Assembly (NCBI GenBank): GCA_000934665.2 | Contig: KZ538581.1 | Span: forward strand, 1-64,000 | Length of the DNA stretch: 64,000 bases | Reading direction: 5' to 3' | From: Catajapyx aquilonaris | Lineage: Eukaryota | Part shown: piece by piece, positions 1 to 12,000 of the stretch | Layout of the letters: every line of letters starts with the position of its first letter | Position numbering within the stretch: the stretch's first letter is position 1 | Notes under the pieces: model-generated | Database searches by the model: none | Seen by the model: only the letters and a program-made list of their open reading frames with translations | Told to the model about the DNA's origin: nothing | Made by a program: the position numbers and the translations under genes

Positions 1-1359
1 AACTGTAATATGGTACCAGTTAAAGTTGTTGGGGAGATTACAAATGGGGCAGCTGTCAAGGGTGTAAATTTTGAGAATGTAGTTTTGACAGAGGTGCAGC
101 CATTTGGAGTTATTTCAGATTCAGGCAACAACTGTTCAGATTTTGCTTGGATAATCCAGGGCCTGGTAAATACATGGTGGTTGCATTGCCATAGCCCACT
201 TGAAGGACTGCTTAAATGTTAATTCACATAGCGGAAGCAGAGGGCAGAAGGTTAGCTGCAATTTTGGGAAGTATTGTATTCCTCCCACTGCTTTGATCTG
301 CTCTCTGCCTCTGCTATTTAAAATAAAAGGTCAGGCATAGATGATGGCTGCAGGTGCATCCTATTGATGCAACTTTTCAGCTTGATTTTGCAGTCGCATC
401 CCTAGTTTGTGTGACAGGAAAACACATGAGTACCGATTCCCAGCCTAATCAGTGGTGAGCCATAGGCCACATGAAGATGATATTCAAGAAAAATAAGGCT
501 ACGGTAACATAGATGTGCTTGAACAGTGATGCACAGCCTCAAGCAAAGGGAGTCACGCAGAAGATAGTGAATCAGGAGTGAGGCTGAGCTGGTAGCAATA
601 TAAGCAGCTAAAAACTGGGCAAAATGAGGCAATCAGGTGACAATAAGAGAAGCACAGTCCCCAGAGTTGGCAGAGAGAGGCAGTCGGAACAAAGTGGACA
701 AGGAAGAAGTTTGGGTGCAGAAGTGGTTCGAAGCCTATAGTGGATCTAGGGATACAAATACGCAAGTAGCCAGAACAAGACAGAGAGAGAGAGAGAAAGG
801 GTGAGTGGCAGGGAAAGCTGGGATCTGGCATAGAGTTGTGAGGGAAAGCCATCCTGGGTGGGTGCAGTAGCAACTTTGGGATAGTGTGATTAGTGGTCAT
901 GCAATAAATTCGCAGCTGGATGCATGCTCCTTCATTATGTTAGTCATGTGCCCCAACCCAGAGTGGTCTGGCTACTTACACCTCCCTAACAACAATAAAG
1001 CAACCAATGACAGATACAGTCCTGAACATAAAGTTGGAGACGGTAGGCCCTCCCCTTCGGCAGGGTGCTCTGCCAATCCGTCATTACGGTATCAAATACA
1101 CGAAGACATGCCTAAAGCAGCTAACTGGGTCCAAAAAGTGTCAATTCATTTGAGTTGGATAATGGAAGGTCAGAGAAGGCCTGTACCGTCTCGGGACTGT
1201 ACATCATATTTGTGCCCAGTGTAGCACATGGTTATTTTTTAAAAGAAATCTGTTCATCATTCACATGGCACTCAGCTTGAGCTACCACAAATCCTAAGAA
1301 AGACATCTGGCACTGGGTCCTGCCAAGTGCAACTCAGACACTGGAACCCAACACTTAAT

Positions 1360-1395
1360 TCTCTCTCTCTCTCTCTCTCTCCCTCTCTCTCTCTC
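1360..1395. repeat. (CT)n microsatellite
   Basis: Read directly. Confidence 0.9.
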
Positions 1396-2865
1396 CCCTC
1401 CCCCCCATTAGTACCCTTTTAGTGCTTTTCTCAGTAACCCTGCAAAAGTCAAATTTCAAAATGACTGTTAGTACACCCATTACTAGCCACAAGAATGTAG
1501 CGCACCTTTGACAATAACTATTAAATTTTATTGATAATTACTTTTATATTAATTTAAAATGTTAATAATGTACAGGTACACAATCTCTTATTTGAAACCC
1601 TTGGGACCAGACATCTTTTGTAATCAGATTTTTTCTGGATGGCAGTATGAATATCTGGTATGCCTTCATATATCCTGGGTATTGGTCAACTCCTCCAACA
1701 CGCACCCATCAGTGTGCAAGGAATAGGTATGGAGGACATCGGAGGATGAGAGGAGTGAGTCAGGGTGATCAGGGCCTGGGATGAGTATGGGAGCTAGCAA
1801 ATTACATGTGAACTCTCATTCCCAAGTCATCTTCAACCATTTCAAAACAAGGAGAGCCATGAGGTCAGACTTGGGAAGAGTGAATATGATGCTTCAAGGT
1901 CGCATGCTTTCTACCACTAAATAAATATGCATAGGCATGGATGGTGTGAAAAGGCCTTAAGACTTAAGCCTACAGAAATAAAAAATCATCATACTTCCAG
2001 CTCTTTGAGACTGTCCTTGAGCTTGTCTGGTCTCCTGGCCCGCACATTCCACAGCAGATTCCTTCCCTCTGCATACGATTTCTTGCCCTCTGCATAAATG
2101 CTGTCGGAGGTTGCCTCCTTATCATAATACCTGCCAGGATAAGGAAAACGACCATTGTAAAACCCATCATGTGCTGTGCACAAGTAACAAAGGTGTGCAG
2201 TGCAGAACCCACACAACTGTGATATGTCTTAGAAATCAGCATTCAACTATAAATAACATGTATATCTGCAGCTTGTCCTCCAATAAGCTATGACAAGGCT
2301 CATCTTCAACTACCAGAATTTGCAAACCGTAACATGTGGAGTAACCTGAATGCGCCGAGGTCTGTATGCTTGATCTGGATGTTGTCCCTGAGTGTCCAGA
2401 AGTGAGCCTCGCTGATCAGAGTCACCATCTCTCTGTGTAGACAACCCGGCCCAATTGAAGGATGGCATGTCATAACGATGCCAGTGCCAAGAAACAAATG
2501 CAGGACAAGGTTATTTTCCTGATCGAAAATTTCAATGTTAAAAGCAGTGCTACCACCATCTTTGATGGGTACTCACTGCTTAACTATCTCTTCAGCTACA
2601 AAATTGAACTTGCCTCCAGATTTCACGAAAACCCCAATTTTTCTTTGCACCGCATCCGTCTCATTATGGCGAACACTCTTCAATTGCAGTTGTGATTTAG
2701 TTGGACAGACATCATCAGACCACCTCCACCCCAGGCCCCAACCACTAGCTGACAGCTCATCTCTTTCGTGGGAACACCAACAGAGAGGGACACTGGGATG
2801 CATATCCTGCCCTGCCACCTGCTGTAAAGGTGTACAATGTCTTCGGCCATTGAAGAAAGCGCCAC

Positions 2866-2911
2866 GTTCAAAATACGTTTGGTGTACTGGTACACCAAAT
2901 GTATTTTGAAC
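2866..2911. repeat. Near-perfect palindrome, 22-bp arms and 2-nt loop
   Basis: GTTCAAAATACGTTTGGTGTAC-TG-GTACACCAAATGTATTTTGAAC, one mismatch. Confidence 0.9.
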
Positions 2912-3487
2912 AGCAAGATTATCACAAGCTTCACATACGAATCATTATGATTTACATGGGGGTTGGTAGCAGATTGAGTCAGCTATGATCTCTTGGGGCA
3001 ACAGCGATATTTCATTGCAGAATATTGTTCCATCAAGTGTTGCATACAACAATTTTTATTATGCCCTTCTTCCTTATTTATTGACAGGTTCCACACATTC
3101 AATATTGACAGTAAATAAAAATTGTGCATAGTAAGGTTAGAGTATACAAGTATTCCTCGTCCTCTCCAAGGATAGCTAGTCATATAACCTATGTGTTTAA
3201 ATTAGCTAAGATATAAGATAGTGTGAAAGGTATTTTAAGGTCAAGAGTAGATTGACATCGGTATTGTTACGCAGCAAAATAATTATCAGTTGGTAGACAC
3301 TTGAAAGCCCGTTGTTATCATCAATCGACTGCGACACCTGTACTCCCAAAGGGCTATATATTTGAAAAAATAACACATAACCTTGTAATGGAAGGGGTCT
3401 ATGATGAAACATTTGAATTAATATAACTTTTCCTACAACATCACTAAATGATTGCTTCTGTACATCGCAGGGCAATGAGCTGTAAAC

Positions 3488-3495
3488 TATATAAA
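3488..3495 (+). promoter_or_regulatory. Possible TATA box of P450 copy 1
   Basis: TATATAAA about 120 bp upstream of the ATG at 3615. Position only; no transcript evidence. Confidence 0.25.
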
Positions 3496-3614
3496 TGGCG
3501 ATATGAGATAAGATATTGCAATCCTCTTATTAACAACTTGCTGATAATTTCTGCAGGCTTGGACCCTCCGAGAAATATTGCGCGTTGTCTGCTGAGCTTC
3601 TTTATTGAGACATC

Positions 3615-6168
3615 ATGATTGTCGAAGTGGCTCTTTTTTTGGTCGTTATCATCTTATGGCTAATTCTAAGAAATGGAAAACCTACTGGATTCCCACCTGG
3701 TAAGTAATTGTTGCAAGGAAATAATATTATAATGAAGAGTTTACCGTGTGTACTGATTGATAATTCTTCGTGCATTTATTTGTAGGTCCTGCTGGTTTGC
3801 CCATACTCGGGTGCATGCCATTCATGATGAAAGATCCTCATATTAAGTTTCAGCATTTGGTGAAGAAGCATGGTCCTATACTGGGAATCCGGCTTGGACA
3901 GAAATGGTATAGTAACGTAGTGCCTGAATAAGATTTTGGAAATAACAATTCACTCATATCATTTCTACGCTAATAAATGGCAACTGATTGCAGGGTGGTG
4001 GTGATTAATGATGGGAAAATTCTTAAAGAAGCACTGAGAGAAGACGTATTCGCAGCAAGGCCAAATTTTCCAATATTTCTTTTGCGCTCTGAGGGGCAAA
4101 AACTTGGTATCATTTTTTCTGATGGCATTGATTGGCTGGAGCAAAGGCGATTCGCTCTGCGAAATTTAAGAGATTTTGGATTTGGCAAACGAAACATGGA
4201 AGAATACATCCAGGAGCAAGTGGAAGACCTCATTACTTCCTTTAAGTATGACTAAAATGGCCTATATTGTTATTATTTTGTTTATGGTGTGGTGGCTAAT
4301 TATTTTTTAAAAAGGAACGATGCTGGAAAACCTATTGATTTGCGCTTTAAGTTCAACTTGGCCGTGATCAACTCATTATGGGTCATTGTGACAGGTGAAA
4401 AGTTCAACTATGACGACCCAAAATTAAAGAGTTTGTTTCACGATTTTTATGTGTAAGTCTGATACTACGTGTGAGTTGTATGGGATACAAAACGTTTAAG
4501 TGGTAAATGATATGTGTTTTATGTTCTGCAGGGCCTTTGAGGGTATCAACATAACATTAAATCCAGATCTTTATTTAGAGTGGCTCATAAACTTGTTTCC
4601 TAAATTTTTCCGAGTCGACGCATTTGTCGGCATTACAAAACGAATCAAAAAAATTTGTAAGGTAAATATTGAATCTTAAACTCTAATATCATACTGTACA
4701 ATATAATACATTTTCATGATCCTTATTTACAGGAACGTATTGATGAACACAAAAAAACTTTGGTTAGAGACTCTCCTCGGGACTTCATAGATGTTTACCT
4801 AAACGAAATTCAGGCAACAACAAACCCAGAATCTAGTTTTTATGGGGAAAAGGGCGGTAAGTATGAATGTAAATATTTTCTATTGATGAATGATGTGCTG
4901 AAACCTAAACATTTGGCTTCAGTTACGAAAATTCTGCCAAAATCTTGATTTGTGAGATCAAAAAGTACACATTAAAATTAAAAGGCAGGTTGAAAATTTT
5001 ATTTTCATATGTTGAGTTTCCATTTGAATATCCGTTCGTAGAATTTCAGTTAATACAATTACCTGCATAACTTCCTTCGTGTGTTCGTTACCAAAATATT
5101 TAGCAATTTATATTGCTTCTCATATGTTACGTTGTACAGCACGTCCTACTTACATAAGTGGATCGTTCCGCTACCATACACGTAAGTCGAATTTTACGTA
5201 ACTGGATAATGGATCTACGTAAGTCGGGGACTTTCTGTACATATAATTATGGCACTGCAACACTTATTATTATGATTATGGCTGTTTCCGTTGGCTACAC
5301 AATTTTACAGCACATTATTTATCACATTGGTGCATAAAAATGCTGTTTGTCTTTTATTACGAGCATGACTTTATTGCAGAGGACTCCCTGAATATAGTGC
5401 TGGGCGACTTATTCTTAGCGGGATCGGAAACAACAAGCAGTACACTCTACTGGGCAATTCTGTTTTTGATCATACACCCAGAAATCCAAAAGAAGCTTCA
5501 AAGGGAGATAGATGAGGTCGTAGGAAAATCCCGCTTCCCTTCTCTGCAAGACAGACCCACCTTGCCATACCTCGAAGCATTTATACTTGAGACCTTACGT
5601 CACAGCTCTCTAGTAGTATTTTCCGTCGCCCACGCTGCCACTGAAGACACTGGTATGCCAAAATGACCTGAAGTTACAACCTACAATACTAAAAATTGCA
5701 TAATTTTTTGTTTCAGTTTTTCATGGCTATCATATTCCAAAAGGCACAACCATAATACCTAATTTGTATGCTATTTTGTATGACGAGAAAAATTATGACA
5801 ACCCTCATGAATTTCGACCCGAACGCTTCCTCACCCCCGATGGAAAGGTCACAAAAGATGATGCTCACATGCCTTTCGGTGTCGGTAAGTCAACCCAATA
5901 TTGTAGATGGCTGTTTACCGGCGAGGAAGCCTTACTGTACAAGGTAATCCGTGTCAGATGCACTAACGTGTATCAAACTGTTTTAGGAAAGCGGCAGTGC
6001 CTGGGGGAAACTCTTGCACGAGCGGAGTTGTTCCTGTTTCTGGCTGGACTTGTGCAACACTTTACCTTTGCTTCGCCACCAGGACAAACTCCTACTGCAG
6101 ATACAAATATTACATTTGCGAGGCAGGCCAAGTCTTATGAAGTGATTTACAAGGAGAGAGATACATAA
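3615..6168 (+). CDS. Cytochrome P450, CYP2 clan (CYP2L1/CYP15-like), copy 1; 9 coding exons, 490 aa
   Basis: Hand-spliced exons 3615-3699, 3786-3906, 3994-4245, 4315-4452, 4532-4661, 4733-4856, 5380-5652, 5717-5884 and 5987-6168. All introns are GT-AG and the frame stays open (1473 nt). Motifs: N-terminal membrane anchor plus PPGP hinge, WLEQRRFALRNLRDFGFGK (C-helix, typical of the CYP2 clan), PRDFIDVYL, AGSETTS (I-helix), ETLR, PERF, and the heme motif PFGVGKRQCLG. Confidence 0.95.
5137..5237. mobile_element. Small pogo/Tigger-like MITE in intron 6 of P450 copy 1
   Basis: TA|CAGCACGTCCTACTTAC...GTAAGTCGGGGACTTTCTG|TA: imperfect TIRs, TA TSD, internal ACGTAAGTCG repeats. Confidence 0.6.
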
Positions 6169-6392
6169 ATATTGCTCCTAGACTGTGCGTCAATAGAGAG
6201 AATATGTTTATATCACTGAAAAATAACCAGACTGTTTCTACAACATTACCTTTCGCCATGTTTGACGGACAATCAAGAATAGGTAGAAAAGGAGATGAAT
6301 CCTGGTATATATGCCATGCAATATAATTGCACTGTACTAGTGCCAATATATTACACTTGATAATACAGAAACCACTACAAAACGGATGTAAT

Positions 6393-6398
6393 AATAAA
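6393..6398 (+). terminator. Candidate polyadenylation signal of P450 copy 1
   Basis: AATAAA about 225 bp downstream of the stop codon. Confidence 0.25.
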
Positions 6399-6693
6399 AA
6401 CTTTGTTGTGCAGCCAGAATATGCAAAAATGGTAATAGTCTGATGACTGGGAGGAACTGACAGCATTTCAATTAAGATTTCAAGAGCTTATTATTTTCCA
6501 AACGGCAGTAAGTCCTCCAAAAAGATTTTGCTATGTAGCCAAACATTTAATTATTGTGATCATAATATCTGGATCGAAGGAACAAAACTATGTACATCAT
6601 GATGGCAAGAAGCATGATACATAATACGTGTATGATAGATATCTTGGATAGATATAGACCCTACTGTATAAGTCACAAAAATTTAGCATATTA

Positions 6694-6856
6694 GAGTGGA
6701 ACTTCGATCTACCCTTCCAGGATTTATCGCTTTCCCCGATCTATCATTTAATTCATAGGGTCCAGGAACCAATCCCATCTAATAGATTTCCGCATTTATC
6801 GTTTAACTGTATCAACGTTTTTTTCAGGTGTCCCGACAAAAATCGAGGTTTCACTG
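6694..6856. mobile_element. pogo/Tigger-like MITE
   Basis: Imperfect TIRs GAGTGGAACTTCGAT / ATCGAGGTTTCACTG and internal TTTATCG repeats. Confidence 0.65.
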
Positions 6857-9599
6857 TCATTTGTGGTCAAAATAAGTAAGTTATGTTTATCAGCTTATAA
6901 CTTGGTCTTACGTTCTTTTGACAATAAATCAATGTTTTCCATGACTGCTTAATTGCTTATTGTAAAAGACCTCCTATGTTACTGTTGCATTTGAAAATAA
7001 ACTCTTCTCGATTTAATATTACAATACAAAGACTTTCATTGGCAAAAGTTTTATCCCAACTTTCTCGCTGTATCCAACAAATACGAATTCTAGAGATTTT
7101 AAATAAAAATATTAAGAACAGCTATAAGATATAAGACAGATAAGTATAGCTATGCCTGAACCCACGATATAATCACGAAACTCAGGAAAAATTATGGCAT
7201 ACTAATGATTTTAAAATTTTAATCAAAATATTAAGCTCATCCAAACAGGTATGGTATTCGTAGGATTCAAGAAATGAGAATGAGGTCAACTAGAGTTGCA
7301 TATAAATTGCAATAATGTCACAATTATATAAACTAAACAAATCACTGTCACACGCCAAACTGCTCTGCTTATCTTCATAAATGTGTTACTGATTAACAAT
7401 AGGCATGAGGTATTATTTACCACTCAAACATGTTGACTAAACATCACCTCAAAAATATACAACATTTGGTATTTAGGCAAGTAGCCTGCAGTAAGTGAAA
7501 CATCGCAGCCAACTATTCCCGCGAGAGGGCGATTTTTCTCATTCGCATGCGTTTCACGTTAATTTTTAGCATCAACCTCGGTTCGGCGAAGTTGTATAGA
7601 GCATTTAATGCAACATTAATTCCTCCACACGCAAGGATTTCCTTATAGTCAGGGACGATAAAATGCTGTAGTGTCCGCGTTGGACAGGTTCCACTACACT
7701 GACTACACACAAAATGGAAATACTTTTGACTCTGAACTAAATGCCATTATATGACACACAAAAATCAATCTCATTAACGTGTTTTGTGTATAATGACGAA
7801 AAACTTTTGAAACATGCGAATCCTATCTCTCTGCCAGGACCGCACAATTTTTCCGCTGTAGACAAGTTTCCTTCATATCCAGGGTTAGCTATAGGCAGGT
7901 TTAACTCATCAAAACATTACTGTACTCAAAGGAAAACCTCATCAGCATTCCACATTTTACCAAGTTGTGTGACGAAGCTATGGTATGCATCAGCATTGTC
8001 CTGCAATACATCCGTTTAGAGTAATTGCAGATGAAATTAATGCAAGCTGAGCACATGCAGAGAGCGCATAAGCGATTTTTCCACTAATGGCGATTATAAG
8101 TAACTAAATATGATATTTTTTGACACCATAGCGCCGCCAAAGTGCAGGGAATTATGTAGTGCACTCTGATATATTAACTTTCTGATGTGGAGGAAGGGCG
8201 CATTTTGATAGGCTAGTTAGCTAGTACAATGACAGCAGCGATCTAGTCCTACCTTAAGGGCTAAAGTCACCCCAATTTACGGTACTCTGCAAACACGAAT
8301 ATAATAATATGTTGTGTTTGTTGTCATGATACTAATATACAGTATTCAGAGTTGTTGGGCATTACTCCACAAGCATGTAAGAACTTTTTCTCATATTGAT
8401 ACAGCCTTAGAGTATTCGAATATCTATATTGTAGATTGATATTAAGACCTGAAATGCACAACGACCAGAGCCACATTGGAATAACGTCGAGAAAAAATGA
8501 TTCAAAGTTTGAAAGCTATACTCTAGATCTTATATTGGATAATTTTTATCAGTTTGCAAGAGGGCTGTAATATACGGTATAGCAGTACACGGACTGATTA
8601 TCAGAAAGTGCGCTTCAAGGACTGTATTGCACAATGCAACGAACAATATCTGTTTATTGAAAACGACTAACTCAGTTTTTATGAAAATAATGTGAATCCA
8701 GTCGTTCTGAATTGTAGGTCTTCATTTATTTATTAAGCCACAGTTCAAATCAGCAATCGTGGCATGATGCAGGACGATTTAACGTTCTTTGAAAAAAAAA
8801 AACCCGTTACAATAATAATAATTACACACATTCCACACTACCAAGTCAAACTCTGTCTAATTGTTTTCGGATTATTATCATGATACAAAGAGTGGGAGGT
8901 AACTCCCTCATTTGCTTCTGAGAGTTGGATCCCTTGGCCTAAGAATAAAATAGACTGCAAATATTTAGGCTTAGAGTCTTAATTTCTGCGTGATTCGGTA
9001 ATTAAATTTTGATTGTGTTATCCCGCATAGCATACCGTACGTCGCCGTACGTCAAGGAATCTTGCTTGTCCTTGATGCCTGCCTTATAGGATATTCCCTC
9101 TGCACACAACATTTGGTCATACAATAAAAACTTTATTGCCTATGTGGAGTGCTATTATAAGGTTTTAAGCCCAAAATTATACAGTGTATTTTATTCTTAA
9201 AATAAACAAAGCGGTCTCCTTACCACCCCCTATCTGAAGCAAATACGAGCATTTACTGACCTGATGCATTTAGCTTACAGTGATAGTTAAGAGCGATATC
9301 GTCAAGATTGAGGTACCTCTATAGAGTATTTGTAGCGTGTCTGTCTAAAAGATATACCTGTACAGTGCCCGCAAAGAGATCACTCAGAACTTTGATTATT
9401 TGTTTAAGATTCGTCTGTAACATCTTACAATATTAATCTAACGTATACTGCAATGTGGACATATACTCACAGTCAGTCGGTATAGGGCCAAGAATATCAC
9501 CCTATTGAAGTTATTCCACAATATTTGTTGACGCGATAATATGTGAATTACGGTGGCCACTACAGTAAAAAGGCATTGGTCTCTAAGTCTATAAACCGC

Positions 9600-9600
<1 letters not shown>

Positions 9601-9642
<42 letters not shown>

Positions 9643-9666
9643 TAATAATAATAATAATAATAATAA
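9601..9666. repeat. (TAA)n microsatellite
   Basis: Read directly; it explains the poly-Tyr ORF 9438..9764. Confidence 0.95.
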
Positions 9667-9997
9667 CAGAGTACTAAAGGCTGCAATGCATTCAGCCTTA
9701 TATACAGTAGTACAGTAGGTCTACTGATGTCACAATGGGCAACAGTGGCTGTCAACGGCATCAAATATGTATTATATTAACAAAACGCTTGTGACTGTAG
9801 TATTATTCTAAGCCTGAATACAAAATAGCATACACAAGATGCGTTTCAAAATTATGCTCCCATGAGCATCAGACACGTATTTTACTGCCATGTACTCCTG
9901 TGAACTCGCCTGCAAGTTTGGGGTAAATTAATATACACAACTGAAAAGCAAATTATTAAAGGCACTTTATTGACGATGTATATACAGTACATACGCA

Positions 9998-10140
9998 CTA
10001 TCGGGTTCAATTAGTTCCGGCCACTTTATCCTGGTCTTAAAGCAACGCTTCACACACACACACACCTCCTCACGTGGGGCCTGTGCGAAGGGTTGCTTCA
10101 AGACCAGGATAAAGTGCCCGGAACTAATTGAACCTGATAG
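9998..10140. mobile_element. Hairpin/foldback MITE with arms of about 59 bp
   Basis: CTATCGGGTTCAATTAGTTCCGGCCACTTTATCCTGGTCTT...AAGACCAGGATAAAGTGCCCGGAACTAATTGAACCTGATAG: about 5 mismatches and a short (CA)n-containing loop. Confidence 0.8.
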
Positions 10141-10854
10141 ATACGTATGTTATTCACTGCCGCACTTGAAGATCAGGCCAGGATTAAGTGGAAATGACTT
10201 TTCGATACACTTATACCTATACGGATGAGAGTTAAGTTCTGAAACTCACTGTCAGAGTATATTCTATGCCGTGCTTGATGGGAGGTCTTTGAATTGAGAT
10301 GAAGGTCAAACTGTGAACACCAAAGAGGCCTTTGCGAAACAGTATTCAAACCAGCCAGCCTCACCCTTGTGTCATCTGACAGATCCATAACCCATACACT
10401 CGAGGTATTGTGGGTCTGGAACACTATATACTGATGCTCCTTCGGTGTAGACCGACCCGTCAGCTGCCAAGGCTGGCTTCCTTGCCTCCAAACCCAATAA
10501 GATGGATTTCTTATCCCATAGTCCACACACTTACAGGCCGAGCACGCTGTCCATGAGAAGCCGATCTTCTGAAGAGGTCGTTTTCAGGCGGAAAAAAGGC
10601 CACCAGACACCGAAGGCATGCCCATCTTTGTATTCCCAGGCTCATACTATGTACTTGCTAACATATTGATTGCGCCTGCATTTGCTGCAAAATATTCTTC
10701 TAAAACGATTCCCTTCTACTGTATTTTGTAAATCTTCTCGGTTCTAGGGGTTTTCTCTGGCGTGTTCGAGCGGGTTTCTTCGGCATTCCCGTTTCTTTCA
10801 TTCTATACGGTGTCAGGCAGATTACTTTCAGCTACCTCGTACTGGTAATAATAA

Positions 10855-11151
10855 TAATTTGTACCCCGTGCTAGGGCCATGGGCCCTCTTAGGGGGGTGG
10901 AATACCACCATATTTTTTTTATCTGAAACTCTTGCTTTCGTTTTTACTTCTCGTATATGGGGATAGGATAGGGACGGAAGGAAGCGGCTGTGGCCTATAA
11001 TTGCGGACACGACCCCGGAATTTTCCTGGTGGGACCATGGGAAACCTCAGAAAACCACGGTCAAGGTCGGCGGCCACCGGGATTCGAACCGAGGACCTCC
11101 CGATTAGCAGTCGGATACCATATCCCCTCCGCTACCACTGCTTCGGTGTAT
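10855..11151 (-). mobile_element. tRNA-derived SINE (copy A) with a Ser(GCT)-like head
   Basis: The reverse complement has B box GGTTCGAATCC, an anticodon-like arm CCGA-CTGCTAA-TCGG and a (TTA)n tail. TSD TGGTAATAATAA at 10843-10854 and 11152-11163. Head and body are homologous to 63612-63856. Confidence 0.85.
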
Positions 11152-11387
11152 TGGTAATAATAACATTGCTATGGTGCAGCAGTGAAAGGCTTCTATGGCC
11201 CTATGGGCCAGGTCGGGGGAGTTATAAGATGGTCACAGACAAATAATACAGTATTATTGGAGCTGTCAATTCTGATAGTTACACGAAAGTAGATAACTGT
11301 TACCGAATAATTAAACTACTATAATATATGCCTTTCTTTATGTTTGAATCATAGATGTTCCTTGATGGCCCTCAGGTTCCAGGTACT

Positions 11388-11700
11388 TGTTTTTGTTGTT
11401 GCTTGTTTTGTCTGTTTGTTTACCCCATTAGAGGGAACGAAGCCCTTTTAGGGGGGTGGATTACCACCATCAGGATGGATTTTCTGCTTTTCTTCAGTCA
11501 CCGTGCAAAGACATTATTTTAGGATGTAGGGTAAGGATGGGAGGAGTTGGGAGGGGACACAGGTGCAAGTGCAATGTCTGAAAAGGGCCATGTGCAGTCC
11601 CCCAGGAGGCCGGTTGCCAAGACGCCAGGCGCGGGCCAGAGACCCACTGACGCAGGCGAAAGGTAACTCCCGGGCGGGGATTAGAACCCGGGACCTAGCA
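11388..11700 (-). mobile_element. 5'-truncated SINE (copy B)
   Basis: B box remnant (reverse complement GGTTCTAATCC). Body homologous to 40908-41199 (CCTGGGGGACTGCACATGGCCC...GACATTGCAC). Conserved 3' hairpins and an (AAAC)n-like tail. Confidence 0.75.
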
Positions 11701-11859
11701 ATGCAACATTTTACAGTATATTATTGTGTACTGTACAATACGCTTATGTTCGTCTGGCAAGGTAAAGATTTGTTCTGTATCGCAAACTGGCTCTCTTCTT
11801 TACGTCGCAGTAAAGTGACTTTACCAGTATTAGTTTATCTCGCGGTTGATGCCTTTGAA

Positions 11860-12000
11860 TCTGGACTTCGCAAAGTCCTACCAGGTCCTATACCTGATGT
11901 TCCACCCGAGTTTTTGCAGAAATCAGCTGCCAGAGTTCCGACCCGGCTTCAGAAATGTGTTGACCGGGAAGGATCGTAATTATATGGAAATTTAATTTGC
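11860..12000 (+). mobile_element. Tc1/mariner-superfamily transposase C-terminal remnant
   Basis: IPDVPPEFLQKSAARVPTRLQKCVDREGS matches the typical C-terminal pattern I..E.L......RL..CV...G. Confidence 0.5.

Larger units (their letters stand above)
900..3480 (-). pseudogene. VPS13B: Fragmented coding remnants resembling the VPS13B VAB region (decayed gene copy, or exons I could not splice)
   Basis: Minus-strand peptides in order: QMFHHRPLPLQGY, ILVYSNLTMH, PLCWCSHERDELSASGWGLGWRWSDD (exon-like 2822-2576 with a tttacag acceptor and GTGAGT donor), YYDKEATSDSIYAEGK...KELE followed by a gtatga donor, SIPIPCTLM, STLPKGR. They are collinear with my recollection of VPS13B (NVTMQ; YSWRSH..GWGNWRWSEPF; IPGKG; VPISTSL; VPAGK). 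Several frames contain stops or shifts. The identity is from recall only. Confidence 0.4.

Noticed and set aside
1573..1640. Tigger/MER46-like left terminus
   Set aside because: It is only a single degenerate end with no partner TIR.
2300..2760. Penelope RT or pogo transposase remnant
   Set aside because: The partial motif resemblances fall on opposite strands and are not collinear. A spliced minus-strand host-gene remnant fits better.
10061..10090. HDV-like ribozyme core (ACCTCCTCACGTGG)
   Set aside because: It lies in the loop of a foldback MITE, and I cannot build the P1/P2 pseudoknot.
10569..10600. Hammerhead ribozyme-like CTGAAGAG...GGAAA
   Set aside because: The stem II closing pair is mismatched, and no stem I/III or cleavage triplet is found.
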